From an uncultured Gammaproteobacteria bacterium (GTDB lineage: Bacteria; Patescibacteriota; Patescibacteriia; Magasanikbacterales; UBA922), in assembly GCA_964612105.1 (NCBI GenBank), contig CAZTEU010000005.1, positions 45,039 through 109,038 on the forward strand: a stretch of DNA of 64,000 nucleotides, written 5' to 3'. The translations under genes were made by a program, and so were the position numbers. This document shows, piece by piece, positions 36,666-45,738 of this stretch; the stretch's first letter is position 1; each line of letters opens with the position of its first letter. Below the pieces are notes generated by a model. That model saw only the letters and a program-made list of their open reading frames with translations, was not told the DNA's origin and did no database searches.

Positions 36666-37529
36666 TAGTTCTTCTATAAGCCGCTTTAGTTCATCGCTTG
36701 AATGATAGTGTATTGTGATTCTTCCTTTTGCACCTTTCTGTGTTATTTCTACTTTTGTACCAAGACGATCCTCTAGAAGCATCTCCTGAGCACGTATATT
36801 TGGATCTCTACGAGTAGAACCCTTACGAGAAGAGGCTGGTTGATTATGATAAACTTCTCTTTCTACTTCTGCAGATGTCATACCCTTGCCAATCATGGAC
36901 TTAAACATGCTAAGTTGGTCCTTAGTACTCTTAAGACTAACTAATGCTCTAGCCTTTCCAACATTTATTTTCCCATCAATAAGCGCCTTTTGTATTTCTT
37001 CAGGTAAATCTAGTAGACGAATAGCGTTACTTACAACCGGCCTTGATTTTCCAACCTTTTGTGCTATTTCATCATGAGAAAGAGAAAACTCCTCATGTAA
37101 TCTTTTATACGAAAAAGCTTCCTCGATTGGGTTTAGGTTCTCTCTTTGTATGTTTTCTATAAGAGCAAGCTCTAGCTTGTTTTGTTGTGTTGCGCTACGC
37201 ACTAAAGCCGGAACAGTAGAGAGTCCAGCAATCTGTGATGCTCTTAAACGCCTTTCTCCTGCAATAAGTTCATAACCACCATCTTCCTTTTCTGTTACAG
37301 TTAATGGCTGTAAAATACCATGTTCTTTTATGGACATTACAAGACCTTCCATCTCATCATGACCAAAAGTCTTTCTTGGTTGCTCTGAGTTTGGAACAAT
37401 CTCTGAGATGGGAATATGCCATATCTTATCTTTAGAATTCTCGGCAGGACCAGAAGAGGTCTGTGAACGACTCTTCTTTTTTGATTTAGTAGGTGGAATC
37501 AATGATTGTAGACCTTTACCCAATGCCAT
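36660..37529 (-). CDS. parB: chromosome partitioning protein ParB/Spo0J
   Basis: ParB box GERRLRASQIAGL, HTH. Confidence 0.9.
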   Translation of the reverse strand: MALGKGLQSLIPPTKSKKKSRSQTSSGPAENSKDKIWHIPISEIVPNSEQPRKTFGHDEMEGLVMSIKEHGILQPLTVTEKEDGGYELIAGERRLRASQIAGLSTVPALVRSATQQNKLELALIENIQRENLNPIEEAFSYKRLHEEFSLSHDEIAQKVGKSRPVVSNAIRLLDLPEEIQKALIDGKINVGKARALVSLKSTKDQLSMFKSMIGKGMTSAEVEREVYHNQPASSRKGSTRRDPNIRAQEMLLEDRLGTKVEITQKGAKGRITIHYHSSDELKRLIEELS

Positions 37530-37530
37530 A

Positions 37531-38307
37531 TTAATATATTGATGTAGTGTGAATATCTAAAACTTCTCTTGCAAGACGCTCGTATGCTTTTGCCCCCCTG
37601 CTTCTAGGGTCATAATGAAAAATACTTTGTCCAAAGCTTGGGGCTTCTGCAAGTCTTACAGTCCTTGGGATTACAGAACGAAATATTGTATTTGGAAAAA
37701 ACCTATACAACTCCCCCATTACATCATCTGCTAACTTTGTGCGCTTATCAAACATTGTTATCACTGCTCCAAGTACAGATAATTCCGGTTTTAGGTGAGT
37801 TTGTACGAGCTGTATTGTCTGTAATAACTGCCCTAGTCCTTCCAAAGCATAATATTCCGCCTGTACAGGAATGAGTAGCTCATCTGCTGCCACAAGCGCA
37901 TTCACAGTCAACAATCCAAGTGATGGAGGGCAATCGATAATAATATAATCATACGCATGACGTACCTCTTCCAATATGTCTGATAACTGGTGCTCTCGTC
38001 TCTCCATTCCAACTAATTCTATATTTGCTCCAGCTAGATGATGGTTACATGGGATAATTCTTAAACCTTCGTGTGCTGTATTGTGTACTACATCATGTAT
38101 TCTTTTCTGTCGTGCCATTGCTTCATAGAGACTGTTGTCTAGCTCATTTCTTTGTATCCCATATCCACTAGATGCATTACCTTGAGGATCCATATCTACC
38201 AATAAGACAAAACGGCCACTCTCAGCAAGTGCGGCAGCCAGATTCATTGAAGTTGTCGTTTTCCCCACTCCACCTTTTTGGTTCACTACGGCGATAATTT
38301 TGCTCAT
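37531..38307 (-). CDS. parA: chromosome partitioning ATPase ParA/Soj
   Basis: Deviant Walker A KGGVGKTTTSMNLAAALAE. Confidence 0.9.
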   Translation of the reverse strand: MSKIIAVVNQKGGVGKTTTSMNLAAALAESGRFVLLVDMDPQGNASSGYGIQRNELDNSLYEAMARQKRIHDVVHNTAHEGLRIIPCNHHLAGANIELVGMERREHQLSDILEEVRHAYDYIIIDCPPSLGLLTVNALVAADELLIPVQAEYYALEGLGQLLQTIQLVQTHLKPELSVLGAVITMFDKRTKLADDVMGELYRFFPNTIFRSVIPRTVRLAEAPSFGQSIFHYDPRSRGAKAYERLAREVLDIHTTSIY

Positions 38308-38316
38308 ATTTACGCG

Positions 38317-38330
38317 TATTATAGCACAAT
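38317..38330 (-). promoter_or_regulatory. TG-extended -10 promoter (TTGTGCTATAAT) about 10 nt upstream of parA start; implies leaderless/near-leaderless mRNA
   Basis: Same 13-mer as 2700-2713 and 10027-10040. Confidence 0.5.
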
Positions 38331-38374
38331 ATTGACAAAGGAGCTACTCTAGAATATAATTATCAACACCGCAT

Positions 38375-38456
38375 GCCCGAGTGGCGGAACTGGTAGACGC
38401 GCACGACTCAAAATCGTGTTCCTTCGGGAGTGAGAGTTCGAGTCTCTCCTCGGGCA
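38375..38456 (+). tRNA. tRNA-Leu (anticodon CAA), type II with long variable arm
   Basis: GCCCGAG...CTCGGGC acceptor, anticodon loop CTCAAAA, T-loop TTCGAGT; followed by terminator. Confidence 0.9.
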
Positions 38457-38490
38457 CAAAAAAAACACCCTTGTTTGGGGTGTTTTATAT
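38457..38490. terminator. terminator AAAAAAAACACCCTTGTTTGGGGTGTTTT
   Basis: Member of recurring AAAAACACC...GGTGTTTT hairpin family. Confidence 0.75.
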
Positions 38491-38985
38491 TATAGCTCTT
38501 ATTGTACCCCCAGCAAAAAGAGTGATTAGTGTAACAAGGGTGGCTGCAATACAAATACCGATTGCTATCAAAGGTACAGATTTTTTGAAAGGTATATTAA
38601 AAACAAAAGAAGCAAGTGAGCCTGTCCATGAGCCTGTAAACGGAAGAGGTATACCAACGAATATAACGAGTCCAATAGCACCATATTTCGAGTACTTGCC
38701 TGCAAAAGCCTTTTCTGCTTTTCTTAGGTGGTGAGAAAGTACAGGTCCTAGTATTCTACGCTTCATCACCCAATCATGTAAAAGTGGCATTAAATATAGT
38801 ATTGCCAGTGCTGGAATTAAATCACCAATAACAGCAATTATCCATGTTTTCCATATTTCTAGACCGTATATCTCAATACCAATTGGAATAGATGCGCGTA
38901 ATTCTGTTACAGGAATCATAGATAATAACAAAACAGCTAGTTCTGGACTCATGTTAGAAAAAAGTTGTATAAAATAATCTGCCAT
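38485..38985 (-). CDS. small multidrug-export-like membrane protein (COG2426-like); start taken at MADYFIQ
   Basis: Polytopic; conserved PVTELR motif region. Confidence 0.5.
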   Translation of the reverse strand: MADYFIQLFSNMSPELAVLLLSMIPVTELRASIPIGIEIYGLEIWKTWIIAVIGDLIPALAILYLMPLLHDWVMKRRILGPVLSHHLRKAEKAFAGKYSKYGAIGLVIFVGIPLPFTGSWTGSLASFVFNIPFKKSVPLIAIGICIAATLVTLITLFAGGTIRAII

Positions 38986-38986
38986 A

Positions 38987-40003
38987 CTATTCGGGCCACT
39001 TATATGAATTATATACTGCAAGAGCAATGTCTCTTGCTTCTGTGAAGCGAGCTTCGTGCTGGTTTGCCCCTAAAATCACTATGTCTAGTATTATACCATC
39101 TTCATTAGAAACTCTTGTAGTGAAATTGTAACCAGAAGCATCTATATATCCGGTTTTTCCACCATGCATATTTAAATTATTTGGAATCCAACCAAGTAAC
39201 ATCCAGTTAGTGTTCCACATACCATGCCTTTTTTTCCTCTCATTAGAATATAATGTATGCTCCCTTCTCTTTAGTGTGTCTCTAATTTTTTTCTCACCCA
39301 ACGCTTCGTAAAGAAGTATTGCAATATCTGATGCTGTAGAAACATTATTAGGACTTAAACCTGTCGGTTCTTCAAAAACAGTCTGTGTCATACCTAGTTC
39401 CAAGGCCTTTTCATTCATCTTTTGAACAAATTCTGGTTTTGCTAGACCACTAGATCTAGCCAGGGTTAGGATTGCCTTATTAGACGAACCAATTAATGCA
39501 GAGCGCCACAAGTCTTCCAAAGTGAATGTGTCCCCTGCATACATATGTGTATCCATCACGTCATCAGTTACAACTTTCACCTTTTCTTTCCAGTCAGGAT
39601 TCTCTTTTAGAAATATCAAAGAGCTCATTAATTTAGTAATACTAGCAGAGGCACGTTCTTCATATTGAGACTTACCAAACAGAACAACACCTGTTTCATA
39701 GTCTTTTACTATAATTGCTCTAGCGCTAAATGAAGACGGATCAGGGAGCTCATTGACAAGCTCTGGTATTGGCGGAGCTGGTGGCTCTACTATGACATCA
39801 CCCTCTTGTTGTACACTTTCTTCCACTGCCAATGTAATATGAGCTTCTTTAGATGCAACCTCATCAGAAGGAGCGTAATTATTATATGCTACAACTCCAA
39901 TCCCTCCACCAAAAAAAATAATAAAAATGAAAAAAATGTTTCTCCATATATTAGAGAGATTGTTATTTGTCTCTATGTCTAAAAAATTACTGGACATACT
40001 CAC
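38987..40003 (-). CDS. D-alanyl-D-alanine carboxypeptidase (serine-type, peptidase S11/PBP5-like)
   Basis: N-terminal TM; SITK (SxxK) active-site motif, SGN-like motif region. Confidence 0.8.
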   Translation of the reverse strand: MSMSSNFLDIETNNNLSNIWRNIFFIFIIFFGGGIGVVAYNNYAPSDEVASKEAHITLAVEESVQQEGDVIVEPPAPPIPELVNELPDPSSFSARAIIVKDYETGVVLFGKSQYEERASASITKLMSSLIFLKENPDWKEKVKVVTDDVMDTHMYAGDTFTLEDLWRSALIGSSNKAILTLARSSGLAKPEFVQKMNEKALELGMTQTVFEEPTGLSPNNVSTASDIAILLYEALGEKKIRDTLKRREHTLYSNERKKRHGMWNTNWMLLGWIPNNLNMHGGKTGYIDASGYNFTTRVSNEDGIILDIVILGANQHEARFTEARDIALAVYNSYKWPE

Positions 40004-40533
40004 TCTTCCAATGCTAATTGGACATTTTCATGCTGTGATAGCGTCTCATAGTTTGGAAGTTCATTTATAGACTTAATTCCTAGGTGCGCCAATGCTTTTA
40101 CAGAAACCTCATACACTGGCAATAGCTTGTTTTTATCTTCTCTGTCTGTAATTAATCCTCTAACCATTAGATTTCTTAGGATTACAGCACAATTGACTCC
40201 ACGTATTTGTTCTAACTCTGGTCTTGTTACTGGGGCTTGATACGCAATAACAGTCAGTGTTTCCAGCTGAGCCTTTGTTAGTTCATCTGTAACTTCCTGC
40301 TTAACAAAACCTTTTATAACCTCTGAGTGTTCTGGGTTTGCACCCATACGAATCATATCACCAGATATTAAAATATGAATACCGCTGTCATCGCGATTAT
40401 ACTTCATCCTTAATGTTTCTATAGCTTCTTCTACTTCACCTTCATTCTTACCAACAGCCTTAGCAACTCTCTTTATCTTTAATGGTTGAGAAGCTACGAA
40501 TAGTATTGATTCTATTTGGGAAATTATAGACAT
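40000..40533 (-). CDS. scpB: segregation and condensation protein B
   Basis: Tandem winged-helix ScpB signature; adjacent to scpA. Confidence 0.85.
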   Translation of the reverse strand: MSIISQIESILFVASQPLKIKRVAKAVGKNEGEVEEAIETLRMKYNRDDSGIHILISGDMIRMGANPEHSEVIKGFVKQEVTDELTKAQLETLTVIAYQAPVTRPELEQIRGVNCAVILRNLMVRGLITDREDKNKLLPVYEVSVKALAHLGIKSINELPNYETLSQHENVQLALEE

Positions 40534-40534
40534 G

Positions 40535-41227
40535 CTATGAGCGAGTAATTATTATATCTTTAAACTGATTATTTTGTTGCAAATGTACTTCTTGTTTTTT
40601 TACAAGTTCTAATAATGCAAGAAAGCCAATTATTACTTCTGTTTTATTAGAAGAAGATTTTATTGTGTCTTGGAAATTCACCTTCTTTTTCTTTTTTAAC
40701 ATGGATTGAATCCGCTTTATTGTTTGTTTTAGCGTTACGCTTCTATCAATTTCTGTACTAGCAATTTGCTTCGGTGGTTCTAAACGACTCAACAATTGTA
40801 CCATACTTTGGTGCATTAGCTCTAGGGATAGATTCTTTGGAGCTACAAATTCGTCTGGTACATGTGGAGGCTCCACATGGAAGTGTGCTCTGTGTTTTGA
40901 TTCCCACCGTTTGTTTATTTCTTTACTCGCCTCCAAAAACCCCTTATATCTCTTTAGCTGTTCTTCTAAAGTAGGACCTTCATCTTCATCTGGTAGGAAC
41001 TGCGGAAGTAGTGAGCTGGATTTTAGTAATAGTAGCCTTGCAGCCACAACAAGAAAATCTGACAAGCTTACAACATCTGTCTCCTCCATCTTTTCTACAT
41101 ACTCAATATATTGTTCTGTAACTTCTGAGAGAGCCAGCTCTGATATCTCAAGTTTGTTACTGCCAATAAGATTTAGGAGTAATTCCAAAGGACCTGAAAA
41201 TTGTTTTAGCCTAACATCTATATTCAT
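40535..41227 (-). CDS. scpA: segregation and condensation protein A
   Basis: ScpA family N-terminal LELLLNLI... ; operon with scpB. Confidence 0.85.
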   Translation of the reverse strand: MNIDVRLKQFSGPLELLLNLIGSNKLEISELALSEVTEQYIEYVEKMEETDVVSLSDFLVVAARLLLLKSSSLLPQFLPDEDEGPTLEEQLKRYKGFLEASKEINKRWESKHRAHFHVEPPHVPDEFVAPKNLSLELMHQSMVQLLSRLEPPKQIASTEIDRSVTLKQTIKRIQSMLKKKKKVNFQDTIKSSSNKTEVIIGFLALLELVKKQEVHLQQNNQFKDIIITRS

Positions 41228-42930
41228 ATTTGTTTTGCACGGAATACAACATAATGCCCATTCTCGTGTACTTTTTCAAAATATTCACTCTGAAATAATT
41301 CCTTAGAGAATAGTAATGTCTCCTCTTTTAGTCCATTTGGGAAATTATCTAAATGGAAATACAGAGGATATCCTTCATTCACACCTTTGTAAAAAACAAA
41401 GTAATTTATCTCTCCCCATTCAGAACTCTGCGTTACCTCCCATAATTTTTTAGAACTATCAATCTGTGTAGCATCCTTTATGTAGTAGAAACGCTGTGAG
41501 AAGTTTGCTCCTGGGTGTGAATAATGCTGATTATAATACAAAAAATCATCTACTGGAAGAGTTGCGTGTAATTCTGGAATTCCAGATGTTAGTATTCTAC
41601 TATTTCTTAAATCTACGCCCTCAAAAAAACCTATCAACTTCACTATACCAGGACGAAATTCTTTAGCGCGATTATGAACACCCAAAACCTCATAGCTGTT
41701 CGAGAAAGTACCAAAAATGAGTTGTGTTCCAACCAATATTAATCCAATAACTGTAACTACTGTTCTCCATTCCTCACTTCTAGTCACAGCATACTTATTC
41801 CATATTCTTTCTATACCATACCCAACAGCAAGTGCTAGTACTGCCCCATTCCAAAACATAAACCCTTTAGACTCCTGCAATGGTGACGCAAAAAACAAAA
41901 TAGTAAAAAGCCCTATAGTTTGCCAAATATACGGAATAGAAAATAGAACTAGTACTGATCTTGCATAAACTTTTTTTACATAGAAAACTAAAGTTCCAAA
42001 CCCAAACAAAGCAAGTATTCCCTTGATGCTCAACTCAACAAAAGGAGCGTGCAATAAAAGTCTTTCTATTGTCGTGTAACCAAGCTGGAAATTCTCTGCT
42101 CCACTTGTTAAGTATATTTTAGCTAAAGGAAACCAGAACGGAGAACTAAAAAGTAATATTAGAAAACCCACAAGAAAAGTATGTAAATATTGCTTGCCTG
42201 TAATTTTCTTTCCAGAAAATAAGTTAAACACAGCCACACCAATCGCAGAAAAGAAGAACCAAAAATAAAAAGACATAAACAACAAACCCCCAGTAATTCC
42301 AAGAACAATAATATTTTTTCTATTTAGTTTGTTGCTGTGTAGCAAATGTATAAAAAAGATTGTCCACAACACCACAAGAGAAGCAGAAACAAATTCATAT
42401 TGCTTTAGTATTATTGCATCAGTATCCACAAACACAAATAATAATAATGCAGACACAAACCAAGCTATACTTCCAGGGGTATTATTACTTTTATGTTTTT
42501 TCCAAAATAATTCCTGTATGTAATAAAAGATTACTGGAAAAAAGAAAAATACAGAAAGGTTAGCTAGTTTTGCTATTTGTATTCCGTTCCAATCAAAGAT
42601 TTTTCCAAAAATTCCAAAGAACCAGAAAAATAGTGGTGGGTAGAACGCCGGTAAATTGGAGTAAGCAAAGTCTGCAAAAAAACTACTGTGTGCTCCTGCA
42701 TAATATAATGCAGAAATAAAATTCTCATCACCTTGCATCCCCCAGAACATTAATTGTGTTCCTTGAGACAGTGCAAAATATGCGCGTGCCAATAACATTC
42801 CAATAATAAACAAGAATGGTCCATAATCTATCTTCTTCCGAATTGCAAATATTCCAAATACAATAAAAATAAAAAATACCACTTTTATTGCGATAATTTG
42901 TTGCAGATCTGCAAATGACAATATTTCCAT
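41224..42930 (-). CDS. large polytopic membrane protein, GT-C-like glycosyltransferase candidate (hypothetical)
   Basis: 568 aa, more than 10 TM helices plus periplasmic C-terminal domain; family not recognised with confidence. Confidence 0.4.
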   Translation of the reverse strand: MEILSFADLQQIIAIKVVFFIFIVFGIFAIRKKIDYGPFLFIIGMLLARAYFALSQGTQLMFWGMQGDENFISALYYAGAHSSFFADFAYSNLPAFYPPLFFWFFGIFGKIFDWNGIQIAKLANLSVFFFFPVIFYYIQELFWKKHKSNNTPGSIAWFVSALLLFVFVDTDAIILKQYEFVSASLVVLWTIFFIHLLHSNKLNRKNIIVLGITGGLLFMSFYFWFFFSAIGVAVFNLFSGKKITGKQYLHTFLVGFLILLFSSPFWFPLAKIYLTSGAENFQLGYTTIERLLLHAPFVELSIKGILALFGFGTLVFYVKKVYARSVLVLFSIPYIWQTIGLFTILFFASPLQESKGFMFWNGAVLALAVGYGIERIWNKYAVTRSEEWRTVVTVIGLILVGTQLIFGTFSNSYEVLGVHNRAKEFRPGIVKLIGFFEGVDLRNSRILTSGIPELHATLPVDDFLYYNQHYSHPGANFSQRFYYIKDATQIDSSKKLWEVTQSSEWGEINYFVFYKGVNEGYPLYFHLDNFPNGLKEETLLFSKELFQSEYFEKVHENGHYVVFRAKQI

Positions 42931-42934
42931 AATA

Positions 42935-43231
42935 CTATTTGAGAGGTAAACGTTTTTGTTTTTCCATTATTATTTTCTGAGCCTGCTTTTTTCCTTTTGC
43001 TGTTAACTTAATATGAGTGATAAACCACTTCTGCTCTGTTCTCCTTCCATATCCTACCATATATCCACTAGAAATTAACCTCTCTAAACTCTTAGTAACA
43101 TTGTTAGTTTGGTTTTTAATGTCCTTACCTCGGTCTGTTTTATAGAACCCTAAAAACACCTCACGATCCACTCGCCCCCCTTTATTCATTGAGGTAAGTA
43201 AAATGTGGCGCTGTAGTGCCCTAATTGCCAT
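42935..43231 (-). CDS. hypothetical basic 98-aa protein (possible winged-helix)
   Basis: ORF track only. Confidence 0.4.
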   Translation of the reverse strand: MAIRALQRHILLTSMNKGGRVDREVFLGFYKTDRGKDIKNQTNNVTKSLERLISSGYMVGYGRRTEQKWFITHIKLTAKGKKQAQKIIMEKQKRLPLK

Positions 43232-43436
43232 ATTTTTGGCTTAGTTGAGCTAAATTTCTATTGTAATTATATCATAATTCTGCTTGTAATATCAAGGAAT
43301 AGTCAAGTTGACAGGCATACTTTTTTGTGCAACAATGAAAAAACCAGCGTCGTTATGGCGGGGTCATCCCAATGCGGGATTAGGGTGTCTTCTTCTTCCA
43401 CACCAACAAAGGAAGATTTTTCAAGGAGGTGTCGTT

Positions 43437-43799
43437 ATGGCATCTAGACAGTATGAGTTTTTGGACAAGACCGGAGAGACTTGGTACCACATCGTAGAAG
43501 GTATGTGTCCCGGCATTTGGGACCTGATTATCAACTCACTTGTGCGCGGTAACCAGTGCACTGTGATAATCTACACCCAAAGCCAAGCCTCTGGACAAAG
43601 ACTGGGCATCGAGCTGACACACCTGAAGAGTGTCACCAACCTCACGTCGTACGTCGACAAAGAGTGCGAAGAGTGGGCACTCGTTGCAACAACCCCGTGG
43701 AACTGGGTAACCGTGCGGTTCAACACCAAGACGCGACATGGACGCCTCCGGTTCCTGACGAAAGAGGAAGAGAGGGTGTGCACCACGCTCATGGAGTAG
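43437..43799 (+). CDS. hypothetical 120-aa protein, island E (start at MASRQYEF after AAGGAGG)
   Basis: CAAGGAGGTGTCGTTATG; ORF track's longer 43308 start lacks RBS. Confidence 0.5.
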   Translation: MASRQYEFLDKTGETWYHIVEGMCPGIWDLIINSLVRGNQCTVIIYTQSQASGQRLGIELTHLKSVTNLTSYVDKECEEWALVATTPWNWVTVRFNTKTRHGRLRFLTKEEERVCTTLME

Positions 43800-43821
43800 A
43801 GGTAACCCCACACAGACGACA

Positions 43822-43862
43822 AGACCCCCGTTCCTGCAAGGTTCGGGGGTCAATTCTTTTTT
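43822..43862. terminator. terminator GACCCCCGTTCCTGCAAGGTTCGGGGGTC + TTTTTT
   Basis: 8-bp GC stem. Confidence 0.75.
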
Positions 43863-43868
43863 ATAAGA

Positions 43869-45641
43869 TTATTTCTTTTTCTCTTTTCTTTTCTCTAAAC
43901 CTAACTCTTCCAACTGTTCTTTGTCTACCTCTGCAGGACTTCCCATCATTGGTTCTTCTGCTTTCTGGTTTTTAGGGAATGGCACAACAGAACGGATATT
44001 GTTTTCTCCAAGTAGTAACATTGCCAATCTTTCTATTCCAGGTGCAAAACCGCAATGAGGAGGTGCTCCATATTCAAAAGCATCTATCATGTGTCCAAAC
44101 TTTTTGTCTACATCATCTTTGGAATAACCTGCAATTTCAAAAGCTTTGTACATAATCTCCGGATCCTTGTTTCGTACAGCTCCAGATGATAATTCTAATC
44201 CGTTTGCAATAATATCATACTGATAACCCAGTATATCCAATGGGTCTTTATTTTCTAGCGCCTCCATTCCACCTTGTGGCATAGAGAATGGATTATGACT
44301 AAAGTCTATCTTGCCTGTTTCTTTGTCTTTTTCATACATTGGAAAATCTACAATCCAAGCCCACGCAATCATGTTTGGATCTGCTAGTTCCATGTTCTTT
44401 CCAACAAGATGACGAACAGCACCTAGTGCTTCACAACTCACCTTCCAACTGTCTGCAACAAAAAACACAATACTCCCCTCCTCTGGTTCTAATCTTTCTT
44501 GTAAGTCATTTAATGCTACGCCTGTAAAGAGTTTCTTAATTGGTCCACTAAATCCACCATGCTCGAATTTCATCCAAGCAAGACCTTTTGCATGATTTCG
44601 CTTTGCTACATCTTCATATTCATCAGTTATATCTTTTCTAGAAAATGAAGCTCCACCTGGAACATACAATGCTTTTATACTCTCTGCTTCTTTAAAAATA
44701 TTAAAATCTGTTGCATTTCCCCAGTCTGTAAGATCTATTAGTTCCAAATCGTAACGCAAGTCTGGACGATCTGAACCATATCTGTCCATTATTTCTGTAA
44801 ATGCTAACCGAGGTATTTTTTTATCTTTTAATTTCTTTTTAGCAACCTTCGTTGTAAGTTCTATAAAAAGAGGTTCCATTAAATCGAAAAACTCATCCTG
44901 TGTCATAAAGCTTACTTCACAATCTAGCTGATAAAACTCTCCTGGCGAACGGTCTGCTCGCGGATCTTCGTCTCTCATACAAGGCGCAATCTGATAATAT
45001 TTATCAAAACCTGCAACCATTAGTAATTGCTTGTATTGTTGAGGCGCCTGAGGCAGAGCATAAAATTTTCCTGGATGAATTCTACTTGGAACCAAAAAAT
45101 CTCTAGCACCTTCTGGAGAGCTCACTGTAAGAAGAGGTGTGGCAATATTTATGAAATCATTCTTTTCCATATAATTGCGAATATGCTTTTCCATTTTCGA
45201 TCGAAACAATACGTTATTCTTCAACTTCTCACGTCGCAATTCAAGGAAACGATACTTTAGACGCAACTCCTCTTCCTCTTCACCCTTACCAGAGTCGAAA
45301 ATCTCAAACGGCATTGTTTTTGCCTCACTTAAAATCTCTAGCTCGCTAGCTAAAACTTCAATCTCTCCTGTTTTTAATTTTTTATTTACTGTTTTTGAAT
45401 CTCTTTTTACAACCTTTCCAGTAATTTTTATTATAAATTCATATTTTAAAGTCTCTGCCAAACCAAAGTCTGATACTTTGTCAGGATTAAATACAACCTG
45501 AGTAATTCCATAGCGATCTCTTAAATCAACAAAAATAAGACCACCTAGGTCTCTGCGCTTATGCACCCATCCGGCCAAAGAAACCTCTTTGCCTGTGTTT
45601 TTTTTGCTTAATTCTGCGCAATTGTGAGTTCTATATGACAT
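43869..45641 (-). CDS. aspS: aspartate--tRNA ligase (bacterial type with GAD insertion)
   Basis: 590 aa, anticodon-binding OB fold N-terminus, class II motifs, FRDE/GGSIR-type region. Confidence 0.9.
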   Translation of the reverse strand: MSYRTHNCAELSKKNTGKEVSLAGWVHKRRDLGGLIFVDLRDRYGITQVVFNPDKVSDFGLAETLKYEFIIKITGKVVKRDSKTVNKKLKTGEIEVLASELEILSEAKTMPFEIFDSGKGEEEEELRLKYRFLELRREKLKNNVLFRSKMEKHIRNYMEKNDFINIATPLLTVSSPEGARDFLVPSRIHPGKFYALPQAPQQYKQLLMVAGFDKYYQIAPCMRDEDPRADRSPGEFYQLDCEVSFMTQDEFFDLMEPLFIELTTKVAKKKLKDKKIPRLAFTEIMDRYGSDRPDLRYDLELIDLTDWGNATDFNIFKEAESIKALYVPGGASFSRKDITDEYEDVAKRNHAKGLAWMKFEHGGFSGPIKKLFTGVALNDLQERLEPEEGSIVFFVADSWKVSCEALGAVRHLVGKNMELADPNMIAWAWIVDFPMYEKDKETGKIDFSHNPFSMPQGGMEALENKDPLDILGYQYDIIANGLELSSGAVRNKDPEIMYKAFEIAGYSKDDVDKKFGHMIDAFEYGAPPHCGFAPGIERLAMLLLGENNIRSVVPFPKNQKAEEPMMGSPAEVDKEQLEELGLEKRKEKKK

Positions 45642-45738
45642 ATTTTAATATACCTACGAATAGCATTATTTTACCAATAATACAGGGCAAATGCAAGAAC
45701 CCAGCATTCTTATAGCTTTGTGATATAATATATCTATT

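Larger units (their letters stand above)
43340..43862. other. GC-rich micro-island E
   Basis: Compositional shift; ends with GC-rich terminator GACCCCCG...CGGGGGTC + T-run. Confidence 0.65.

Noticed and set aside
38381-38734. ORF 38381-38734 (+), 117 aa
   Set aside because: Starts inside tRNA-Leu and runs antisense through the COG2426-like membrane protein gene; artefact.
43536-43975. ORFs 43536-43853 (-), 43556-43975 (+) and 43571-43822 (-) in island E
   Set aside because: Antisense or alternative frames of GC-rich DNA; the plus-strand 120-aa frame has a perfect SD.
45642-45738. Possible promoter or ncRNA in aspS / CAP-protein divergent gap
   Set aside because: No clear hexamers or stable stems seen.
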